From Antedon mediterranea (Eukaryota > Animalia > Echinodermata): a stretch of DNA of 64,000 bases. The translations under genes were made by a program, and so were the position numbers. Positions 41,201 through 51,958 of this stretch are shown piece after piece (position 1 is the stretch's first letter; the number at the start of each line of letters is the position of its first letter). Where the stretch lies: the NCBI RefSeq assembly GCF_964355755.1, contig NC_092675.1, positions 3,653,812 to 3,717,811 on the forward strand. Direction: 5' to 3'. The notes beneath the pieces were generated by a model, which was not told the DNA's origin, searched no databases, and was given only the letters and a program-made list of their open reading frames with translations.

Positions 41201-44200
41201 ACCATGGAATTAAGGTGATCCCTGAATTCACTCAACCATTGCATCTTGCACTTGCGTGAGCTGCATCCTTTCTCTCTATACTATCAAGCAGCTGGCTTGT
41301 CACACGCACGCAGAGACCTGTGTAGGGGAATACCCTTTTATGTCAAGCAAACAACTATGCTCTGTGCCACGATGTTCAGCAGTTATCAAATAGAATTTAT
41401 CTTGTAAATTTAGTGTTAGGTTTTTATATTTTAGTTAAAAATAATATACTTTATATTCTTATGTCGATTTATATTAATTAAATTTATTAAGGCTTGACTA
41501 GACCTGTAGTAAACAATCGTAGTGTTGTGTTAGTATGCCTGTGAAAGATTGAGTATTGGAGTGACAGCCAGCCACGAAAGTACGTTCATTTTGCTGATCG
41601 CTAGCGCGTTACATACGATTAGTAGGAGTACCTCCATGGTAGGAGTGTATTTTTTTAAGGTGGCCTCACACGCACAGCGTCACAATTGTGTATGAGATGC
41701 CCGCGATGGCGGCTTAGATAAAAGACGCCAAAAACCACAGTCAACTGACCGCATGTTAATGTACTGATAAGCAGTGCGTCTTCCCACCACGAGTTGTCAG
41801 TCAGGATTTTGTGTATTTCATATCATCTTACTTGAATATCATACTGTACTGTGACTCATTTGAAGCCATATCATATATCGTATATTTTATTCTTATCTTA
41901 TATTTTCTTTCTTCTATCCCTTCTTTGTATTTTATTTTATTTTTTTTACTTGTTACCCAGCCCGATCGAACGCTTCTCAACCCGGTAAAATCCGCCAGGG
42001 GGGTATTCCGCCCCCCTGCCCCCCCCCCCCCCCCCCCCCGCCTGTTACGCCACTGAATGGTGTCTATACCTATGTTTGTGATACTGAGGATTCCAAATAT
42101 ATTGTTATTAAAGTTGTAAATATTCTATTTCAGCCTCCATGTTGGAATTCAAGATGGTCACCATTTAAAACGTATTTTGGCTTATAACTTAACATATAAG
42201 TAACATAGTAGGTTAGAAATGATGTCTATACAGTACCTATGTTTGTGATACTGAGGATTCCAAATATATTGTTATTAAAGTTGTAAATATTCTATTTCAG
42301 TCGCCATGTTGGAATTCAAGATTCAATACAACAACAACGTATTTATATCAAAACATTTCTCGGAATAGAAATAGATTGTAAAATTGGTAAAAAAACAAAC
42401 ATGTTAAATGTATACAAACAACAATTGATAAAGACATCAGTATAATAATAATATATAAATTGAGAAAACTGCTAAAAAGTAGTGTATAATTTATTTTATT
42501 TATGCATTGATATTACCATATTGTGATTGTTGTGAAATTTGGGGTAACACTTATAAAAGTACAGTACAAAATGTTTACAAAAAAAAGGTACTGTAATTTA
42601 TAAAATTATCAATAGTGTAAGATGATAGCATTAGCCCATAGTAGTAAATGATACTGGATACCAGAGGAAGTAGAGGTTTCGTTTTGAGGTTTTTTCATCT
42701 ACAGTATTATATATAATGCCTTCAATTCAGAATAAGGAAATAGAATTAAGCTTCACGGCCAAAATGATAATAGAGGACTAAAACAAAGTGGAATGCGTCA
42801 ATTTCTCATGCATTTATTGGTGAAAAACACGTTTAATCTCAATATATTTGTTAATTTGTCAATAATTTCGTAATGGAATCCCAGTGTTGTAACGGTGTAA
42901 ACGTAAAATCGATCAGCAGTGATATTTAATATCTCTTTCTTATTTTCATGGCATTGAAAATTATAATAGATTGGGTAAGCAAATACTAATCAGCAGTGAT
43001 ATTTAATATCTCTTTCTTTATGGCATTGAAATATTATAATAGATTGAGATATTTTTCTTTGGTTTCTTTATTTAATTCCACACCAAGATCATTGATCCAT
43101 CAAGGCGTTTAATGAAACAAATTGTGAAGATATTGACTAATTCCAAATGCTGCCATTTACATTCCTTAAGTAACGGATAGATATATTATTCAAACATAAT
43201 ATATTGACGGATAAAAACATGTACATTACAACTCCACTCCCAAAGACTTGTAATAAGACTTTGTTTATGTAGCGCATCTTGTATATGATTATGTTTGTCT
43301 TGTGAACAGGATTGCCACCTTTAAGAAGGATAGTGAATGAATTCGCTTATGGCTATCATTGGCAACTTGCCTAAATATATAGGCCTAATAACAATTTTTT
43401 TAAATAAAAAATTAAAATATTAATGTGTATTATTAAAATAAATATAATCATACCTTTATCAACTGACTATGTAGTTTACCGGTCAGTGTGTGTAATCTTT
43501 GTTTTAAAAACACGTATGGTATTTTTTGTTTTGGTTTCAAATTTTCTTGACTTGCAAACATGGCATCTGTAATATTCGGATCGTTGTAATTTGTTCCATA
43601 CATTCGTTTTCTGTATCATCAAAAAGAAAAAGAAAAGAGTAAATTTATCTAAATTCCTGAAAGTATAATTTGGCAACAATAAACCAATTGTAAATCAGGA
43701 ATTAAGAACATTGCCTAATCACCATATTAAACTACCAAATAAATACTCAGAAATAAATATATACAGGGGCAAATGAGCTAAGCCTTAAGTCCTAGGATCA
43801 AGGTAAGTTTTTTTTTCTTTCTGTTAATTGTATTGCATATTTTAAAGGTCTTTAAAAAAAATATTTGAAGCCTATTTGTAGCCGAAATACTAAGCGTACA
43901 CTCTCTCTGGGCTAAACCATTAAAAGACTTTAATTAACTTTAGGTTTTCTTTTCATTTTATTATATTGTTTTGTTTTAATGTATACTACATTACCGTATG
44001 TATTTATATATTATGTTTCCATATTATGTATACTAGACAGCTTTAATCAATTAACTAACTATTTTATTGATGTAGGCCTAATGTATATTAGTATGTATAA
44101 TTTCATTTTATTTTTATTCTGATATAGGCCTATTATTATTTTTTTATTTTTTTTATTTGTAAAATAGATGAATCATTAATTTATATGTGCCACCAATATA

Positions 44201-45862
44201 AAGGTGATTTCTTTGAAACAATAGCATTTCATTGTTGTGCTTGAGATCGTTAATTTCAAGATTAAACAATAATATAATACTATTTATTTTACACGCCGTC
44301 ATTTTGATATATTCTGTACAAATAAGGTTATTTCTGTGCGCGCAAGTTCACTCAGAATTCGTTCCATTTTTCCAAGCAGGGGCGGTTGCAGGACTATTTT
44401 AAGAGGGTTTCCCAAAGAAGAAACTAAGTATTTGAGCCACAGGACCCCCATCGTGGCTAATAGTAATTAATCGTCAGGTAGGTGTGGGCCTAATATAGAT
44501 TTTAGGCTATATTGAAACAATTGGTAGATAAAAAAAATTCACATAGTACATCATCTTATAGTTCAAACAATACCCCTTTTCTACACTGGTAAATAAAATA
44601 AATGCACAGCAGTATTTAAGGCAGTTAATTACTTCTTTTTCCAATTTTATCAACAAACATTCAACAATGATAAAACAAAATACAAAATAATATATTTATT
44701 TCCTTTCCTTAGGCATATTGCCAAGGCTACTAATAGATTTGTTCATAATTATTGCATTTTGCCGGGGGTTTCCATAATTTAAGGCCAAATCATAATTGTG
44801 CGTATAGTTTTGTATTTCCGACAGGTGTAGTATTCTATTTATCTTCACTTCCGTACGTCCGTAAATATTAGGCCGAATTTCCGTAGTAATTTATGGACGT
44901 TCGGAACTTTGAAATAACCGTGTTAGGCCCTATACCGATACCAGAGCAAAGTTTGCTTGAAACTTAATTATGTGGGGGTATATATTACATAGGCTTATTT
45001 GCCTCTTGTGAATCACAGTCAGTTATTCTTTGAAGCCCAGAATAGTCCTTATTTGAGCAATACGTTCACATAATAATGTTGCGTTTACGAAGTCATATGG
45101 AAATACGTTCCAATGATTAATTATTCTCTAGCTAAAAAGGTGTTTCCAACCCTTTCCTTATTACAGGATTATATAATTTCAACCTACCTAAGTTCGACGA
45201 GATTTGAATGATTTTTTGTCCATGGTTGTAACAGTAATTCTATAAGGTCTTGTTTATTAGTAAAATTATGGCCCAGGTCTTCAATAAAAACATATTTTTC
45301 CTTTTTTTTCGGCAAAGAATATGTGTACACTGCGTTGACCGCTGTTGTCGTATACGTCTTATGTATGTCACATGTGCATTGCTTCTCGACTGGTGTATTT
45401 CGGGTAATGGCATTTCTGTATTTAGTAATAAGAAAGATTCGACATTGATCTAATTTTCTTATCAATATTAATTTACGTAATTACACTGAAGATACAGAGT
45501 CAACCACCCATCATAACCAAACAACCTTTACCAACTTATGCCTAAAATACCTTCCAACTCAATACTTTTACTTTTGTCCACGTGCTGTTCCTGGCCCACA
45601 CCGAACAACATGTCAAATTCCACCAATTATCCAGAAACTGGACACGGTGCTTGGCAAAATATATTGTTTTCCGTAAAACTTCGTATTTCAAACAAATTCA
45701 TTGAAATATGTTATCTTATTTCTTATAATTCATTGTGATATATATTTATTATATGCCCTATACAGCTTACTGGTTCATTGCCACTTTGTAGACGATAATA
45801 ATTACTCCAATTAATATAAACCCATTCCTTATATCTCTTGATTTCTTTAAACAGCGTGCCAT
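35205..45862 (-). CDS. Alpha-2,8-sialyltransferase (ST8Sia family, GT29), 7 coding exons, 382 aa
   Basis: Exons 45862-45771 (type II anchor MARCLKKSRDIRNGFILIGVIIIVYKVAMN), 45415-45188, 43610-43454, 37949-37840 (sialylmotif L: CSVVGNSGIILNSSCGKAIDQAEFVFR), 36682-36593 (FNAPP...DAGRKT), 36128-35878 and 35425-35205 (motif S SSGFFVVNAALSMCDNVNLYGFWPF; motif III HYF; VS HHFGEE; C-terminal Cys typical of ST8Sia). Sum 1149 nt, all phases match. The vertebrate paralogue cannot be assigned. Confidence 0.92.
36380..36575 (+). mobile_element. CR1/T1-type LINE ORF2 C-terminal fragment in an ST8Sia intron
   Basis: LRVPARKLRNNNILCVPFSRVNVLKNGYISRL...HIDIFNSNLYLFRR resembles the ORF2 end of CR1-group elements. 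Confidence 0.55.
36729..37685. repeat. Compound (AAAC)n/(AAAG)n microsatellite with a recurring AACAAATAAAG punctuation
   Basis: Direct reading of the sequence. It fills most of ST8Sia intron 4. Confidence 0.97.
38708..42055. mobile_element. 3.35-kb non-autonomous hAT-like element with nested insertions in ST8Sia intron 3
   Basis: Ends CAGCCGCGTAACAAGGGGG / CCCCGCCTGTTACGCCACTG with a perfect 8-bp TSD AATGGTGT (38700-38707, 42056-42063). No transposase ORF. Confidence 0.85.
39157..40929. mobile_element. Nested hAT-like element inside the 3.35-kb element
   Basis: TIRs CAGGCCCGTATGCAG / CTGGATACGGGCCTG with GC-rich subterminal motifs. The TSD is not clean (tatagt/tatagg). Confidence 0.65.
42064..42322. 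repeat. ~165-bp tandem repeat that the hAT element inserted into (left part at ~38630-38707)
   Basis: tacctatgtttgtgatactgaggattccaaatatattg...gttggaattcaagat occurs twice. The segment tattttggcttataactt...aaatggtgtc occurs on both sides of the hAT insertion. Confidence 0.75.
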
Positions 45863-48800
45863 CGTTATTGATACTGGAATTTAACTAAATAGAGAAAGAA
45901 GAACGAAACAAGATTAATAATGATAAAAAAATATCAATTATTTTATTTTATCAGAAATTAAGAAATGGAAATTAAAAATGGAAATATACCGTAACTCAAT
46001 ATATCGACTTTTAAGATTAAGACAACATTTTCTAAAGATCTATGTCTATCAAAGGACAGATTTTATATTTATTTCTTTTTTCTATTTAAAATCTTCAAAA
46101 GAGTGATACAGTGATAACAAAAATATCTACAAATCATCCATGTATGAACTAATCGTTACAAAAACGACTTTACCTTTTCACAAATTCAATACAAAAATAT
46201 GACTTAATACACAAATGGCAATGATCGAAGTACACAGGTTTTTATTCATTCGAAAGCCATCAGATTACCCCGTGTTTGGGACCAACTTCCCAGATCATCG
46301 ACATATTCTGCAGTCCTAGAAAGCCCTTAATATTTGTAAGATTTGCAATGTGTAATAGTATGATATTATCTTATAATATTGGACTCAAAATGCTTAAGAT
46401 TATAAGGTTAGTTAAATTGTAATACCCCGTTATGATTGATTATGAATAAAAGTTAAATGACCCACCAACAAATCTCTCTTTTTCTTTAGATTGGTAAACA
46501 TACTTAATGTATGGTGATGATGAAACCTAATTTATTATAATATTTTTGACATTCTCCGATAAACAGTATAGGCCTGCAGATGACGCAGCCAATTCTTGGT
46601 ACTGTATCTGTGAGGAGATACATCACTGGAAATTGACGACGCTAAGCAGATATATAGCTTACGTGTTCATCTTCATTTTGATAGCCTACCGTATTTGAAA
46701 TATGACGATAATCGATAACTAAACATTTTCATCGTAGAACTGAAGGCCCACCACTTAATTTGATAATAACATTTTCACAAGTCCAATCAAAGAGTCATGA
46801 TTAGTATAATAGCATTATTATCGACGATACAACGATGTTATTGTTCTTATTGATCATGACATCATTTGATTTCATCAAATTTCACTTGTTATTATGCAAC
46901 AAAAAGGTATGTTTGTCCAGGGAAATTCCACTCTTCCATGGTTTATCTATAATGCATTGTTGATCATTATCGTTCTAGTATAATTAGGCTTCTTTAATAG
47001 TATGATTACCATACGGTACGGATCAACAATTATTTCTTAGACAATAGTCATCTCCGAACATGTAGATTTTGTTTAGAAAATGAACTATTCATGTGTAGTA
47101 ATCAAATAGTAATCATAGCTTATATTGAAATTATTATTGTGACACTTCCCTGATATACCAGTTTGTTTTGTTCTGTGTTATAGCATAGAGATATTATAAT
47201 ATCTCTATGGTTATAGGTCTGGAATTGTAAAAATTGTCATGCTAAAACTTTCAGAATGCAACGACCAACAATTCCACGACAAATTAAAAACAAAACTTAG
47301 AAGAAAAACATTATAATCGCCATTTTCTACCAAATTTACCATGTTACTCACACATGACCCTTTTAGAATGGTTTAGTCGGGCCTTTGTGGTAGGACAATT
47401 TACTCAGTATCACAGTCTTTCCTGATTTACCTGATTTGAGCAACTTCGAACAATCTTCCAAAGAATTGGTGCCAAGATCTGTACGTGAAATGTGCAAAAG
47501 GTTACATTTGAACCATGGAGGTATGTATTTATATCTCCATGGTTGAACTGATTTTAATTTAAACATGGTGTTCATGACGAATACTTTCTGTAATCATCTA
47601 GTGTGAGCGTTTTTTGTAATATTATAACAATAGCATGCCTAACAAAGTTAAGCTAGTTTCAATTCCGTTTTTATAAAGTGGTTAAATACACTGAAAGGCT
47701 AATTCTTTGGACATTGACTTTTTTCTGATAATAGTGCCTTGCGTCCACGCCAGATTACTCAACCAATAATACAATTGTTATCAAGTCTTCACAATAATGA
47801 CCTTAAATTAAAGCTAGCAAAATTGAATATAAATGTTCGCATACATGTAGATATTTTATATTATAAATGTTCGCATTGTAGAATACTGTAGTAGGTGTCA
47901 AGTCAGGCAAATAAATCATTTAAAATTTTCCATTTTTTTTCGAATGTTTCCACCAAAGTTGCATTTTTTTTAATGAATAACTTTCTATATTAGATTTTGA
48001 TTTAATATAAATTAATCATAGGTCTTTCATCATTGGTTACTTTAACTCTACGTCGATTCATTGCTTAAAGTAAAATATGATTTAAAGCACTATAAAACGG
48101 ATCAAAACCAAATAAAATATGCTGTCTCTGAAATTGGAAGTATAACCTTACACTTGTTGATAATACAATCAAAATTTCGAAACTGGCTAATTACATATTT
48201 ACAAAAATGTGATCCACCGATCAACTGTTTACAATTGGGAAGTTTATTTTTCTCTTTCCCAATTAACTTCAGGAATTTTTTGTGATGGTTCGGTGTAATA
48301 TTTTTGTTTTGTATATTGTGTAATTTGGAAATAGGCCTCCAAATTGATATAGCGGTCTTACCCTTTCCTCCCATTACAATTTCACAAATCCCGGTTTGAC
48401 TTTTAAGGCTTGACAACATCTATTCATGGAATATATTGTATTTAGGCCTAATACTGAAATATACATAATGCTACTTACCGTACTGTTAAATATCCGTTTA
48501 CACTTCTCGCAGACTTAGAGGTGATCAGGGTGAAAACGGAAATGCTTTCGGTAGATCAATACGCATGCGTCACAAATGTATTGTGTATGTGAAAGGAACC
48601 GTGGCCAAGTTATCATCATAAAATTAATGTTTTCCTTTAATGATTCAGTCTGTCATGGCCTACATGATGCCGTCGCTAAGATTGACAAAACACTTGTTAT
48701 TTGGAAGTGGCTGTTACCACAGGGCAGGGCAGAAAATTAGATATATTATTTATTTAATTTTTGTATCTTCATTTGATTCTCTATGCTACAGTTAACCCAA

Positions 48801-48909
48801 ACTGAGATACCATAGTCCATATGGTTGTATTATGCTTAGATCATGGACCTATAAATTAGAATAGGTCCATGGTTAGATAAACTTTTATAAAATGGTGACT
48901 TAACAAAAG

Positions 48910-51340
48910 CTTAATAATAATAATTTATTTGGAGATTACACTTTTACAACAGTGGCACTCGATCAAATGGAAGGTGCATCCAAGAGAAATATACAAAAAA
49001 AAAAAAAAAAAACATGATATAGAAAATAACAATTACAATAAAAAGTCGACGTAGGTCAACATGTCAAAACAATTCAACTACAGTAACTACAATACCATTG
49101 AACTGACACCTAAAAATACAAAATTACAAGAAATAAACATATAGAATAGGTAGGAACTGTACAATATAAAATGAATTGGGCAACAACAATGTAGACCTAA
49201 CACTATAATGAGATAGATATCAATCATTTAGTGAGATAGATATCAATCATTTAGTTTGATTGATATGAACATTACTCGCCTAGAACAATACATCTGTGTG
49301 CCCAAGCTCTTTTAACATAGTGCTTACAGTAACAATCAAAGATATTTGATATGGAATCGACGTCATACATATAATGATAGTAGTTATCAGTTCCACCTAA
49401 TACAAGATTTAATTTGGTGTTCAGGTCACCAGAGATAAAATTTTCCCATACATCTAAATGATTGATATCGATTAACATATATTCTAATTTGGTATATTCT
49501 TCAATCCTTATGCCATTGAGTTGGTTACATGTGAATAGAAAATGTTGAATGTCTTCTAAACCATTCTTACACATTTTACAGATACCATCATATTCAGGAA
49601 GCCACTTACAACTCCTGTGACCTAAAGGAAAGGTGTTAGAACGTAGTTTGAATTTGAGGCTAGAGATCCTAGAAAGTCTGTACAATCCAATAAATATTTT
49701 TCAAGGCACGGATTAGACTTAATAAGAGAGTATGTCTGAAGTGACGATTTTCTTAGCATTTCACTTTTCCAAAATGCAATGTTTGTGTCATGCATTAACT
49801 CTTTAAATCTCTTAACCCAATGACTATCAGAGTCATTGCCAAGGTAGGAAGTTTCGAAAATTGAGTCAATGTCCATATTAATAGACGCACACGTCTTAGC
49901 AAAACTGGGAATCAGTTTATAGCGTGGTTCTACATTTGTAGTTGAACTTAGACACGTATTAAGCATAAAGTTAGGCCAACGGTGTTTATCCATGTTCATT
50001 ACATAATTAATAAATTTGGCTCTAGATATATCTTGAATAACTTTAATTGGAACCCACCCTAATCCCCATACAAGGCCTCTTTAGGTGTATTTCTACTAGC
50101 TTTTAAGATGTACCGCGCCATTTGTAATTGAAGTGACTCAATTTTATCCATATCTTTCCTGCTTTGGCTAACCCACACTGAACAAGCATAATTTATTGTA
50201 GGAAGAGCAATTGTTTTCCATAGAATGTCACCATAGAAAATTCTACTAAAATTATCAAATCGGTCTATAATTGACTTAATATAAGCAATGACTCTATTGC
50301 CTTTATTGATGATTTGGTCGATGTGAAAATGATCTGAAATATTTCTTGATATGTAAGTACCAAGATATTTATAGGTTTCAACCTCAGAAATATATTGATC
50401 GCCCAATTTCCACATCTTATTGTTTATGCGCTGTCCAACAATAAGGACCTTCGACTTTTCATGATTAAAATTTAATTTCCATGACTTTGCAAATTTAGAT
50501 GCTAGATTGAGCATCTCACTCAGATCATTTTCATTGTTTGCCATAAGTACAACGTCGTCTGCCCAAAAAAGGCTACCCATGCATACATTATAAATACGAA
50601 CACCTAGATCATGTTTTTTGAGTAATTTGGTAAACTCGTGCATAAGAATACAAAACAAAGTCGGTGATAAAACACATCCCTGTTTAACTCCTCCATCAAT
50701 ATTAAAGAATTTAGTGTCTATTTTACCAAATCTTACTTTACCTTGCACATCGTGATATAAACTATCGATTAATTTCCATAGCCTACCTCTAATCCCAATA
50801 TTCCATGCTGCCATTAGCATTCCTTCCCTCCAAACCGTATCGAATGCTTTTTTTAAATCTAAGAAAGCCATGAAGGTTTTTTTCCCTTCAAGCAGACGAC
50901 AGGAAGCTATGCTTTTGAGGGTAAATATGTGATCCTCACATCGTCGCGAAGGTCTAAACCCTCCCTGTACTTCTGACAACACATTTTTATCTTCCAGAAA
51001 GTCAGAAATATTGTTTGAAATGATTCGGTTAAATATTTTCGAGATACATGGAGTAAGGGAAATCCCCCTGTAGTTATTAAGATCCCTGCGGTCCCCCTTT
51101 TTATGAACGGGCACAATAATACTTTTATTCCAGTCATTTGGAACTTTTTCTAAAGCAATTATTCTATTAAATAAAGAAAGGATTGACATATTCAAACATT
51201 GACCACCATTTTTTAAAATTTCATTAGTGATCGTGTCAATTCCAGGTGATTTATTGTTCTTTGACCTCATTAAAATCTCGAGTTATTGTATACTCTTTAA
51301 TGAGCGGAAATAATGTCGCTCAGAATGTTTACCAAGTAAT
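48910..51340 (-). mobile_element. 5'-truncated non-LTR retrotransposon (LINE, RTE-X-like) with a frameshifted RT ORF
   Basis: ORF 51270-50059 carries RT motifs KSPGIDTITNE, NYRGISL, QGGFR, FLDLKKAFDTV, GVKQGCVLSPTLF, WADD and YKYLG. It continues after frameshifts near 50060 and 49670 into a C-terminal CKMC...HFLFTC zinc knuckle. The 3' UTR ends in aataaa(tta)n at ~48910-48930. Confidence 0.92.
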
Positions 51341-51654
51341 TTGCTCATTGTACTTATTATTCAGACATTAACAATGGTCATACATTTTTGGGTGGAGGTG
51401 GTTTTAACACTTTTGTTAGTTTACAGAAATCAATGTGCAAAGCAAACTCCACTACTACAGTATCAACAACCAACAAACATACCTCATCTTTTATCATCTA
51501 TTGACTCTTTCCTTCTTGATTTTTATCTTTAATTCTTTTTTTTTGTATATTTTATTCAAATTTTTTTGTTTATCATATCTGTTCTTTTTTTTTTCTGTTT
51601 ACTCACAGCTTTATACTTTATTTGTTTATAAAATTATATATTTATTTTAGTTAA

Positions 51655-51780
51655 GATCATGGGACTGCTGACTCTTGTAGTTACAGTAATCGTATTACTT
51701 TAGCAGTCCCTGACCAATTCATCTTTGTACATTGTATATTATGTTTTGTTGGTCAAATAAATAAATGAAATAAATGAAAT
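51655..51780 (+). mobile_element. Retroposon 3' tail; second copy at 4397-4505 in the opposite orientation
   Basis: gggactgct...agcagtccc stem, then tgacca...ttggtcaaataaataaatgaaat. The reverse complement aligns with 4397-4505 (atttcatttatttatttgaccaa...tggtcagggg..ctaaag..ttactgt). Confidence 0.55.
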
Positions 51781-51958
51781 TATTCATCATAATACATAAT
51801 AAATAAAACAATACAAATACTAATTCATACATTATTTTTGTCAGTTTTAATTTTTGTTGTATCATCTCTAAAATGTAGTAAGCATACTTATTCAATTATT
51901 TGTACATTATATCCAACTTAAATATTACAAAAGTGTTGAGTTTTAATGATATTTGTGT

